From: Antedon mediterranea
Lineage: Eukaryota; Animalia; Echinodermata
Direction of reading: 5' to 3'
Assembly (NCBI RefSeq): GCF_964355755.1
Contig: NC_092676.1
Location: 3,759,888 to 3,823,887 of the forward strand
Length of the DNA: 64,000 nt
In this document: positions 51,721 through 64,000 of the stretch, in pieces
Position numbering within the stretch: the first letter of the stretch is position 1
How the letters are laid out: every line of letters begins with the position of its first letter
Notes under the pieces: model-generated
What the model was told of the DNA's origin: nothing
The model's input: only the letters and a program-made list of their open reading frames with translations
Database searches by the model: none
Position numbers and translations under genes: made by a program

Positions 51721-52009
51721 GTTGTTGTATAATTCAATAGGTGTCGTTGTATGTCGTTTTACTATTTTACGAATCCTTTGCAGTACCCGAATGAAACAAC
51801 TGTCCCCCGTTACAAAGGAATTTGCATACGGCTACCAAGGCATCGAGAATGTAGATACCCATACCCGCATCATTAAATTGAATGCAATAACTATTGTAAT
51901 TGTTGGGAGCTTACACTGGATTTGATACTTAAATAATGACTTCTGTTTCAATCTTGCGATACGATACAGCTATATCGCAGCAAAGTGTTGGACTTAACTC
52001 AGACATTCA
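51700..52009 (+). other. Probable non-coding first exon of the bHLH gene
   Basis: Donor CA|GTAAGT at 52009/52010 downstream of a motif-rich promoter-like region; strong polypyrimidine acceptor at 53391 just upstream of the ATG. The start coordinate is approximate. Confidence 0.45.
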
Positions 52010-53416
52010 GTAAGTTGATTTCGTTATTTATATAAAAATCCTTATTATTATTCGTTTAATAATATCATGTAAATATTATCAAATATGTCTACAAACGGGT
52101 CATTTTACTGTTTCTTCGGTGGCACGGGTATATTCTTACGAAAGCATGGTAGATGATGCGAGTAAGGCTGAGTCAGTGCTTTGTATTCAAAGTGTAGGTC
52201 AAATTTAAAGTGGGTTAAATTAAATCGGGGAGATTTCTCTTGTTATACGAAACTATGTTAAAGTATAGGCCTACTGCTGGGTTTAATTGTCCGCATTATA
52301 ACTGGATGGTAACATTTTACTTAAATACTATGGTGTAAAAGGGTATGTTAAAACTCATGAATCATGGAAATCGGAAGATGTTTTGAATTGAATAATTACG
52401 TAATTTTAATTTTCTGGTAATTTCTGAATAATGGCATTAAATACCCTTTGGCAAGGTTGTGATCATCCAGTTCATAAGTGAGTGTGTGTGTGTGTAATTG
52501 TAGCAATATCCTACAGAGAATCTATCGTGTAATAAAGTACAACCCATCCTTTGAGAAACCCCTATTCAGGGGACACTCAATCTATTCATAGAGATCACTA
52601 TAATATCTCTATGATCTATTAAAGGGGACACTTTCTCAAGAAACAGACGAGACTGAAAGGTTTATTTGGGTCCCAAAGGTTTTGCAATTAAATAATAATA
52701 TGTTCTATTGTAGTCAATGACAATAGTTATTTTCTTATCTTATCTGAAAATATGATTATACAATTCCTATATTAAATACATCACCTTTTGTTATTGTTTG
52801 TGTTATAATGATAACAAAGGCTGTCTCGCAAAGATATATACGAACGTATTCAACAACAATGAGTGATTTATTGCTTTGTGCTATTGTTTCTGTGCAGTGA
52901 GTATTACATGTATTGAAAAGAATATCTTGCCCTGTGGCGTGAATTAACGACCCGTTTATTCATGGGGATAATTCGCAATCGCGGCTAGAGTAAATATTTT
53001 TAATTAGTTACATAATTGACTGCTCAATCAGTTATCGTTATTGTTTATAAAGCTATTTTAATAATGATGTCATTTTGTGGGCCTTATTGCACGTATGGGA
53101 TACTTTATGTGGAAACAAACGAAGGACAATAATATGTGGCACAATTCGAGGATACCCCTATTAAGGGGACACGTTTGGCCCCCGAAGTTGTCCTCTTAAA
53201 TAGAGGTTGAGGTTCTTTACTGTAGGCCTATATCATAACACAATGCAGTTAACGGTAATAATAATTATATAATCATTATTATAAATTATACTAATTAGCT
53301 TTCGATTGTATTTTAATCGTTTATGTTTATTTATAATGATTTTCTTGTTTATCAAGGACTCTTTTTCTTCTTTTTTTTCTTTTTTATCAAGAACTCAGTC
53401 AAGTTATCTATCACCG

Positions 53417-56400
53417 ATGGAAGACAAGACAACGACACGAAAGAGAAAGGTCAGTATTGAGGGTCATCAATGCACGTAACCATAGTGATTACGCGTCGTT
53501 TTCCCACTAGCAGTAACTCAATCTCCGTAACCGTTGATATAAAATCATCATAATATCATAAATTTCCGATATTACGTGTCATTTGATATTACGGACCCGT
53601 GTGTGACGCATCGTTATTAAAATAACAGAATCGTTGGATTTCTTCAGAAGGCGGTGTTTAAATATCGTGACATTCTCAAGGTGTTAATGGATAAAGAATG
53701 CCTTAGGACGTTTGAACAAGTCGAACTTAGAATATTATTAAAAATGCAGAACGTTAGAATATTCATATACCTATTCGTGTTACTTAGAAAAAAACAGGCG
53801 CGACAGAGCAATGTTGAATTGACTCTTCCCTATGAGACACTATACTTTGATATCTTTACACATCGTCTAGCAAAATGCCCTTTGTTATAAAATACTACCT
53901 CATGCTTGGTTCTGGCAATTCCTTGCCGTTCGTATTATTGTAGGCTATTGTCGTATAATTATTGTACATATTAGTAATTGGATTTGTACGTTTCACAAGG
54001 CAATAGTGATTACCCGAGTGAATGTCCATAAAACACTCGATCGATACGATTAGAAATTCGCATATTTTAAACCATCTTGTGTTGGTCTTACATACACGAC
54101 CTGTGGGCCAATAGCAATATGTCTTTCTTTATATTTAATACTCGCAATTACTTAAGTTGTATCAACCTCGGGACAAAGGAGGTTAGGCTAGGGTATATTC
54201 AATCCATTCATCGGCTTGACAGTGATGAAAGAGGTATGTACTATATAGCATTCATGTTTAAGTAGGATTAGGAATAGAAATAGCTATGTGAGAGAGAAAT
54301 CCAGTCTTTGTTTTCAATCTCACATACTGTACATTATAGAAACGAACATTTATTTACAAGGAACTGGCGAAACGATTAATTGTGTCGAATTTATACTCGT
54401 GGCCATCTGTTCTCTCTTTAAGCACGTGTGTAAAAGAACCCAATCAAATTAACAATTTTTAAGAGGCCTTTTATATTCTCAAGACACCAATAATTTGTAT
54501 AAGTCTACAACCACAATAGTTGCAATAATGCTAAGCAGTGTAATTACAATTGTATATATTATATCTCCTATATTATCGTTCAATTGTTATTTATATTATG
54601 CAATTTTCTAGTTATAGCCAAGCCTATTGTTGTATTCGTTTCATAACTTTCCATTTCAAAACAGTCTCACTATCCATATTGTTTTTATTAATAATGTTTA
54701 AACATTAAAATAATAAATAAACCACCTGTTCTAGTATATATATAGGCCTATTTAGCATAGATTTGTAACAGTTTTGTGTGTTCCAATTCTTAAGTCCATT
54801 TTGTCGCGTACGATACAGAAGCGCGTACGATACGGAAGCGCGTACGATACAGAAACGCGTATGATACGGAAGCGCGTACAATACAGAAACGCGTATGATA
54901 CGGAAGCGCGTACGATACAGAAGCGCGTACGATACGAAAGCGCGTACTTGTGGAAACGGAAGCGCGTATGATACGGAAGCAAAACGCGGATCACATGTGT
55001 GGAAGCGCGTACTTGTGGAAACGCGGATCACAGGTGTATTGCTATTGGAAGACAACAACTTAAATTGCCTGGAATTTGATGATCTAAATCACTTTAAAAA
55101 TGTATAAACTTATGTATAAACCATTAAATAAACTGTAACCTAGGTCTAGTAATAGTATATCGAATGTAGCCTATATAAATATATAAATTATTGATAATCC
55201 ATGAAGAAAACGTGTTCGCAATTTTGATTTCTTTTGGACGTTCGCGAGCGGCCTATCTTTTAATTGCTATCCTGCTACAGTAGGAACTTAGAGAGCTACC
55301 TGTGCTTTTATTACAGTAAATTACGCTTTATTGTGATGAGATATATGCGATCCTGTCGTGTTCTCCTATTATCTCACTGATTATTAACCGTGCCATTAAT
55401 TCTGCTATGGTAATCACAATATTGATTCTGTACTTTATTCGTTAAATAATGTAACATTGAAAACAGTTTCATTCATTCATCACACGGAATTTCTTGTCCA
55501 ATTTAGCGTTATGGACATTTTTCGTTTTCTTTATTTAAAAGCAACCTATCCATAATCTTTCGTCACATTTTTTCGACGACAAAATATGCAAGTAATTATA
55601 CAGTTGAGTTAATCTGTGCATAATGGTGCTGAGTTAGTTCTGGAATTTGTTCTCAAATATAATTGCAATTTACACATATTTACACATAATATATCCTATT
55701 AAACCAAATATGATACTCATTATTTTTGTTATTTCCGATATTGTTAAACTTAACTATAAACCTGATAAATTAGTTTCATAATTTTTTAATTAATTGTTTT
55801 AATTAATTTATCATGTGCTGTCCACCACCGTATCTATTTATACAATTAGCCAGTGACGTCACAAAACGACACAATGTTGGCGCGCGTGCACAAAAGTCGT
55901 GACAATTCTAAACTCGCATGTCACGTGTCTGAACAAAATAAATCTCGATTTTTTAATAGTAATTTACTCATATTAATAACCGTTTCAAATATAAAAATAA
56001 TCATTATAAATACTGACTATGCCTATATACATTGTCAATTATAGTTTGCTAACGAGATACTACGCTATTTTTCATTTATTACTTCAATGTTCGCATAGTT
56101 GGGAATATCTTTGTTAGTTGCTTATTTATGACTTTCACGTATTCAGCCATCCAATATTCTCAACCACTCACTAGGCCTACATGTTTTATCTACCCTGTGC
56201 GTTCAGTACCGTACACTTACTCTCTAGAGTATGCATATTCTGCAATTAAGTATTCAAAATATTCCACAAAAAGTGTGCTTGTCACATTAAATGTTTTATT
56301 AGCACCATGTGGGCTGTACACACGGCGACCGGACCTACATAAAACGCTCGATTCTAAATAAAAAACGTAAGGTGTCTATTTGTTAAATCTATTCATCAGT

Positions 56401-59400
56401 ATTAAGTTATTTGATTCGTTTATATAATCCGTGACGTCATGAATTATCGCCGCTGAATGATACGATAATGCAATAATCTTTTGTATTGTATTACCTGCTT
56501 CAAGTAAACGTAAGTTTGTGTATAATTTGCTATTACCATAAGCAATTAGCAATTCGATGCCAAATTTTCACAATTAAAGACGAGTATAGTAAGTATCGAA
56601 TTTTTATTGGAATTGCAATATTTGATCACCTTTTGAAATAATCGTTATGATATACTTTCGCTTCAGCTAACTTCTCATCGACTTGTGGAGAAAAGGCGGC
56701 GTGATCGGATCAACAAGAGTTTGCACGAGCTGCGGGACATCATCCCAAAACTGACCAGAACAACGCAGGTATGTACGAATATAAGTAGGCCTCAGTGCCG
56801 TATCTTGACTCGACAATACCGGGTAGCAATGCTACCGGGTACTGACTATTTACCGGGCTATTTACATAACATTTTTAAAAAAGTCCACAAGGTAAGAAGA
56901 GTTCTCGAATTGCGAAATGAGACATTTTGAATCTCACCAAAACTCTTCTTTCATCAGCGCCGCCCGCCATTAATGTCCTAAACCAACTGTCACTCTCATT
57001 ACAACAAAACGCCGTTTATACATTTTGTTTATACATTTCTGAAGAGGGTCTACGAAGATTGAATCTTTCCTAGGTACAGGTAGGACCTAAACGCGTCTAA
57101 ATCTGTTGCAATGCGTTGGAAAAATAATTCGAGATTGGACCTTGACGTGTTTCGAAGTCTATTCTAACTTATGCTTGGTTTCCACTAGGACGCAACGCAA
57201 GGACGTAACGCAAGGACGTAACGCAACGCAAAGTGATTGGACCAATCTCAAGCGATGGATTATTCGGACAGTCACGTGTGATTGGTCAGCTCGCTTGCGT
57301 TGCGTCTACGTCTTTGCGTTATATCTTTGCGTTACGAACCAAGCTTAAACGCGCTTGTAAAACGGCACACAAAATGTAGGCTATTTGCGTTCGCCACACG
57401 TCTAAGAATGCGTTTTGTGAAAACCAAGATTTAAGTACATTACTGCCTTAGGTACAATTGCAAAGTTATTACCCGAAGAACGATTGTGTTACTAGAATCG
57501 TATTCAAACTAGCTACTCAGACTTCTAACACGTATCATGTCATGCTGTTTGAGTAGCAATAAATATACGAATAATAGTTTTTACTCTCGCATACTAACAA
57601 AGCGAAAAGGTTCTTATTACGTTGGTAAAAGAGTATATGGTTATTTAACGCTGAAACTGAACGTATTACAAATCAAAGTAATTTTATACTTTTAATGTTC
57701 ACTTATTTTTTCGTGGAAACCCGATGAAATGGCTTCGAAGTATTGCAGATATTGAACATAGTCCGTGAAAAAATGCAACACACATGGTTGGAAGTAATAA
57801 TGTTTACACTGAATCTCTTCCATTTTGAATGCATTTTGAGCACAATATTTTTAGAACCATGCATTATACTACCTTTGATTTAAACTGCTTTTTGTGGTAA
57901 TTATTTTGCGAAGTGGAGTTGTTGTGGCTGGTGTGTAGGATGCATGGCTACCAATCCAAGGTTCCTGGGTTCAAGTCCCATCATAAATGTCAGGATTTTT
58001 TTTAATGACAAACTACAACTCCGCTCACAAAGAGGAGAATAAGAATTTGTTTATGTAGAGCATCTTGTGTATATGTTTGTCTTGAATTACCACCCTTAAG
58101 AGTTTGGTTATTGTTATCCATGGCAATTTGTCTAAATAATATAAAAACAAAACAAAAACAACATAAATATTGGGGAGAAAGTGGAAGTGGCCGAAAGACT
58201 TTTGAGCACAACATTTTTTAACCATTCATTATAGTATAATTAGGAATCATCGCTACTGCAGTAACCTACTACTTTGTATTCTAACTGCGTTTTTACAGCG
58301 ATAATTAAAATATTGGAGGAGAGAGAGGCGGATGGTAGATGTATATGTGTTTAAACTATATTTTTTAATCGGACTAATGGAAGTCGTTTGAGCGTAGTAT
58401 TCTTTTTAACAATGCATTATAGTATAATTAGGAATTATCTTCGCTACATTACCTCTTCGTATTCAAACTGCGTTTACAGCGATAATAGAATATATTACGA
58501 CTGTTGGCCTTAGAAAACAGCTCGTGTAATTATTACTTAAATCAAATTCATATCGTATACTTGATAAGTGTCAGCACTACACTGCACATCATATATTCCA
58601 TTACTTGACTGAGAAAATAGTTTTCTTATTACGTTAATCGTATTTGAGATGCGTCACTATCGCGTCATCAGCCTGTCGTCATGCGTTATTGACGCACGTT
58701 CTGAATATCAATGCGTTGTCTATCGTACGTGCAAATATTACATAATGTTCTCGTGTAAGGTTTAATACTCGTATTTGAAAAAAATATGTATGTTTGTTTG
58801 GCGTGAAAGTGGTTCATTTTCACCGTATTCTGTTAATATGCTAAATTATTCTCCTTTATGACGTTGTTAGAAGGTAAATATACGGTAACTGTAGTCTGCG
58901 ACCTATTGTATATACACTTTAGTTATCGTGTGTGTGTGTATTGGACTCAAATCAATTAGTTGATTTCGAAAATCAATTGTGACAAATCAAACAAATGTAA
59001 CTCTATCTCTGTCAAATCATTTCGAATTTCAATATTACCTCAATCATTGACCATTCCCCGCACCACCACCCGCCACCCAAAAAAGTAATATTTTTAAAGT
59101 CGATTCACTTTATCTGATGATGTTAGATGTATGCATTGAAATAGCGGAAAACAGATAAATGATGGCAAAACAATTTTAAATATACAATAAAAAAAGTCAA
59201 ACGGATGATTTGATAGATGGATGAATGAATGAATAGATTGGTTTATGGCAAGAAGAGATTTATTGATTGGCCCCCCTAGTTATGTTATTATTGTTATTGA
59301 GAATATTTGAATGATTCTGATGATGATCGGTTAGTATAGGAAGGGGTGAGGGTGGTAACGAATCAACGAATATTATGGGATGATGTACGGCATTAATGGT

Positions 59401-61990
59401 TGAGTAACTTGCCGAGGGGCGGGGCTAACACAGCAAAAGACTTCAGTTGAAAGGGACAACATAAAGACGGATGTATGGGTATTTGTGTGCATTGTTAAAA
59501 CTGATAATTATATCGCGTGCAGGTGCGCGTACAGGTGCGCGTATATCCGGATGAGCGTATTGATGATGTGGAATTGCTTGTTATCGTCTTTTCTCTATTC
59601 TGTCATTTCCTTCCGTTTCTGTTATTGCATCTTCCTTCCACCATTGTGTGTCACCATGAGCAACACAACTGTGCATCACTCAAGGTGTAATTTCCCGTTA
59701 TTCATTCATAAATTTAGTTATTTACTTTCAATGCATGCTACTACTTAATAGGAAACAACGATAATATTGACTGAGACAACAATTGTTGTCTCAGATATTG
59801 ATACGTTGTATACGGGGTGCCGTTCGAGGCAAAATTATAAACATAACTGATGAAACGCGCAGGACAAAGCGGTGTGACTCTAACAGTATGTGGCGTATTT
59901 GGCGACGTGGCATAACTGTTTATTCCAACATTATAAATTATAATTTCAAATTGATTTCAATGTTACATAGGTCTAACCTATTAAAATGTAGGATATTACG
60001 GGGACACCTTCGGGACCGATCGAAGTAGCGCCTTAGGTGTGTACATTGGATAGGGGGTTTCCGTTTAGTGTTAAAACGTAATTTGCTCCTTGTTCGTTTC
60101 ACGGGAAAAATATCCCTTGTAGTACATCCTCTGCATAGGTTTGGACGGAAAAGTTCTACTGTAGGCCGCGCCTATAGGGGACACTTTCTTGGAAGGCGTC
60201 CCCTTAATGGGCGAGGGGTTTTATGTTACAGTAGGCCTAATACTATTGCACAGTACAATACTGGGCCACCCTGGATGAGCAGAATGCAAACGTGATATTT
60301 AGGTGTGTACAACCGGAACACTTCCATTTAAATGGGTCTGCATTACGTCCTTGGTTAACCCAATTAGCTGCATCACTCTTTGGTATAAGAAATATACCGA
60401 ACAGGTGCTATATGATAGATTAGATTAAAATTAGCCATTGTTCGCGTGTCAAGGGTGGTACTGATTTCTCGCAATATCCTATTGGAAGACCATCCTTACG
60501 TCTGTATTATTTATATATATAAGTACTCGGCACCATGTAGGGACTATTACGTTTGTTAAAAGACGTTAATAAATAGCAACGCTCTCCCCGGGCTCCAATT
60601 TAAAAAAATATTTATTTTTATTGATTAGGGAAACACCAGGATTGTGGAACACTACGTGGTACAAATTATAGGGCCCATTTAGGCTTAGTTTTACACGGGT
60701 AAATCAAAGTTATATTGATATATAGTGATATTACCTGGCCCGTGTGACACCAACTTAAGGGTCTTTCACACCTGTTCCGGCACGGTTCCGGTCCCAAGAA
60801 TCGAACGCCAATGTTTCGCTTTTACGACGCTCTACGCGGCTAAGCGCCAATCGATATGCGCGTAGCCGCGTAAAAATGAAACATTGACGTCTGATTGAAT
60901 TTGCCGTACCGTAACCGTGTCGGAACAGGTGTGAAAGACCCTTTATCCGGATAAATATACAAGTCTGAAGAGGCCCCACAGAGAGAAATTAAAACTATTA
61001 CATAAATAAACATATAGTTCCTTCCCCTCAATGTTGCAAAACGTTTGTCAATACTATCTGCATTATACTGATATTTTTGCCATTAATGGATTTTAATTTT
61101 TCACCTGCTAGAGCCGGCTGCAGCTGATCATCCAATCTACCTATAAGGCTATACTTATTAATCAGTAGTTGCTATTGTTAATTATTCCCCATGAGTAGGC
61201 CTAGCCGCTAACTTAACTTTTGTTATTAACGGTAACCCAAGCATTATATCGCTCTTTTGTGTAGGCCTAGCTATTTCAGAAAGTTGTACAATACGGTCCA
61301 TTGTAAAACATATCGTTACAACAATTCAACTAGATAAAAGGAATGAAGTTTTCTATGGTATTTATTTTCGCCCGGTATTAATATTATATGAATACAAATT
61401 CTTTTGTTTAATTTCACACTTAATCTTAAAGAACGTTATGGATTGTTTTTTTTTTATAAAGGCTGTCCATTCTGACTGGGTATGCATAGGGCTGACAATA
61501 CGCCACACTGGTTTTGAACAGTGGACTATCGTCGAAATAATCGCTTTTGAATTGGTTAATTATTAATTTTTAACAACCACAAACTATTAATATTGGGCCT
61601 ACTCGATCAAGCCTATGAGTGAGAGTCGGTCAATCGGGTCATAAATAAAATAAAGACGTGATTTGTTTGTTTGCATTTATTTGTTTAATTTATTAAAATT
61701 GTGTCTTCTTACTTTAGACGTTTAAAAATGACAAGGTGGAACTTTTACAAGCAACCATTGACTATCTAAATGAGAATGGAAAGAAAACTCCGTCCCAATT
61801 GAGAGTAACGCAACATACACTGAAGGGAACGCAACCAACGATGAATGTAACGCAACATACACTGAAAGGATCGCAACCACCGGTGAATATAACGCAACCT
61901 ACAGTGAACGTAACGCAACCAACAGTGAATGTAACGCAACCCACACTGAAAGTAACGCAGCCAATACAAGGTTTGTATAACGACACGTGA
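53417..61990 (+). CDS. Group E-type bHLH transcription factor (HELT/DEC/clockwork-orange-like basic region), about 135 aa, spliced
   Basis: Exons 53417-53449 (MEDKTTTRKRK), 56667-56768 (LTSHRLVEKRRRDRINKSLHELRDIIP..) and 61718-61990 (TFKNDKVELLQATIDYL plus repeats, TGA), all joined in phase 0. Intron positions are typical of HES/HEY/HELT genes. The 3' end is uncertain. Confidence 0.82.
54805..55032. repeat. CpG-rich 16-bp tandem repeat
   Basis: GAAGCGCGTACGATAC(G/A) repeated about 12 times. Confidence 0.9.
57172..57346. mobile_element. MITE family D
   Basis: GCTTGGTTTCCACTAG...GAACCAAGC with ACGCAAGGACGTA repeats. Confidence 0.72.
57912..58135 (+). mobile_element. tRNA-derived SINE family B
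   Basis: AGTGGAGTT..TGGCTGGTG..GGGTTCAAGTCCC head; body is the reverse complement of the other copies. Confidence 0.72.
60758..60942. mobile_element. Harbinger-type MITE
   Basis: AGGGTCTTTCACACCTGTTCCG...CGGAACAGGTGTGAAAGACCCT with TTA on both flanks. Confidence 0.82.
61805..61972 (+). repeat. Coding 21-bp tandem repeat (VTQPTVN-like heptads)
   Basis: Eight copies of a GTAACGCAACCAACAGTGAAT-like unit in the last bHLH exon. Confidence 0.85.
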
Positions 61991-62122
61991 CGTGTCGATC
62001 TACCACAAATCAATGCAATAGATTGAGGAGAGAGAGGGTAGGGACGCTGCCATTCTGTCCTATCTCCCTACCCCTCCCCCCACCTTCCCGACAATGCTTA
62101 CAAAATATTGGCATTACAATAA

Positions 62123-62302
62123 AGCGTGGTTCCCACTAGCGACGCAACACAAGGACGTAACGCAACGCAAGTGAATTGACCAATCACAAGCGATGGCTTA
62201 TTCGCTTGAGATTGCTAACTGTCTATAACTTCGCTTGTCATTGGTTAAAACGCTTGCGTTGCGTTTACGTCCATGCGTTACGTTCTAGTGGGAACCAAGC
62301 TT
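62123..62302. mobile_element. MITE family D
   Basis: AGCGTGGTTCCCACTAG...CTAGTGGGAACCAAGCT. Confidence 0.78.
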
Positions 62303-63230
62303 AAACGAATACATATAATTTTCGAAATAATCGAATTTGCGCACGTATAAAGCTCAACTTTAGCACGCTATATTGTTTGCGTGTGTTTTGGTGTTAGTGA
62401 ACTTTTAGGCACACATTTGACCTCAACCTTTTTTAATACTTCCTCTATGTTTCCTACTAAACTAACATTTCCGGTTATCAAATCTATTTGGAAAAAGGTA
62501 TAGGCCTATTCGACCTAGTAATAACACAAAACCGTAAAATACAGTATTTAGGCCTACCGTACTATTTGAGATGATTAATTATTGATATTATGTATACTAA
62601 AAACTGTGAGGCCCTAAAATTACTTCAATAAGATCAGGATTTAAAAATCTCTCCGGAGTGACCGAAATAGTTAGGCCTACATTGATCCTATTATATCAAA
62701 CGGTAGCTTACTCATGAAATGGAATGGGCGCGCAGTGCGGTTTCCACTACATGGGTTGAAACATTAAAATGTACCCTCAATAAACAGTATAGCCATAGTC
62801 GATGTTATTCAAATATTAGTAAAATTAAAAATCGAAAGATTTCCACTGCATTGGCAAATAGAAATATGTGATGATGTGGTAAAATATTATCTCTAATATC
62901 GTCTGGTCCCTACTAATGTGACCTATTGCAAAAGTGCGTCAAAGTTGGTGACCAAGAGCTCGGCTAGTTCACATATAGAACAAAGATTACCAGTTTGTCC
63001 CACAGAACCGCGCCCAGATGTGGGTATTATAATCAACCTACTTCATCAGGACTGGAACCGTACATTGTGTGCCGTGTAAATACATTTAGAGCTGATCATA
63101 CATTAAAGTAGGCCCAATACTTCAAATTGTAGATTCAATGTCAACATCATTATCTAATCTAGCTTGCATCGTCACATATTTTGTAATCAGTAATTTTATT
63201 AATTCTCTCGAGGTTAAAAAAATTGGAATA

Positions 63231-63470
63231 AGCGTGGTTCTCACAACCTACGCGTAACGCAAGTGATTTTACCAATCACCAGTGATGGATTTAATATTCG
63301 AACTGCGTTTGTATAATTGGTCAACTAGCTTGCGTTACGCCTACGTCATTGCGTTACGTCCTAGTGGGAACCAAGCTTAATCGATGGATCACCCAACTGT
63401 TTGTGATTGGTCAAACTCATTTGCGTTGTACTTATTGTCAATGCGTTGTGTCCTAATGAAAAATCAAGCT
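63231..63470. mobile_element. MITE family D, one full copy plus a half copy
   Basis: AGCGTGGTTCTCAC...CTAGTGGGAACCAAGCT followed by a second degenerate right arm. Confidence 0.65.
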
Positions 63471-64000
63471 ATTTGAATCATAGAGGAAGTAACAATTCGT
63501 CGACCATTCCGGGTATTATGTACAATTCACAGACCTAACGTGACATGCTAACTTATATGACAGCGTATTTCGGTTCCGGCGTACTTGGAATTTTCATTTT
63601 ATTCTCAGAATACACCTATTAAGACACACCTTAAAAAAATGTTATGAATATTTATAAGTTTTAAATATTAATATTACAATATTATAATAGTATGATTAGG
63701 TCCTATCCAAAGTGTTGTTTAGCTTCCCTTCATATTTTATGACATGAATAATGATACTAATAGCATGCGAATTAAGTATTTAGTGTTTATAAATAAGAAT
63801 CCTTAAACACTTGTATGTTGTCTGATACTTTGTTGCGGAACTTCTGACAGCATTGCCTACAATGTTAACTTTGTCAAAATCTAACATGACACACGGCACC
63901 CATTACATTGCTACATGAGAGGCAGGGTATGTTCAATGTGTCGTTGAGGAGTCCTAGAGTGTTTCCTTGGTGTAGCATGATGCATAACCTCGCTTACTGT

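Noticed and set aside
54705-55107. Arg/Tyr-rich ORFs on both strands
   Set aside because: Product of the 16-bp tandem repeat.

Overview
AT-rich, intron-containing animal genomic DNA (probably a marine invertebrate; this is inference from composition and gene style). Three spliced + strand genes were reconstructed by hand from GT-AG boundaries and reading-frame phase. (1) The 3' part of a KIF25-like kinesin-14, 12 coding exons, 24..19995. (2) A complete SH2-C1-RhoGAP chimaerin, 13 coding exons, 22385..47505, with a probable second first exon. (3) A short HELT/DEC/clockwork-orange-type bHLH gene, 53417..61990, in which heptad repeats follow helix 2 and no Orange domain or WRPW is visible. A 722-aa three-Ig-domain type I receptor with an intronless ORF and nine YxxV/I (ITIM/ITSM-like) tail motifs is nested antisense in a 10-kb kinesin intron. 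The introns hold two tRNA-derived SINE families, Harbinger-, Kolobok-, P- and TcMar-type MITEs, a Helentron-type element, a LINE fragment and several minisatellites. A minimal type I hammerhead ribozyme with a complete catalytic core lies antisense in a chimaerin intron (45741..45785). No database searches were run; family names come from recognised motifs.
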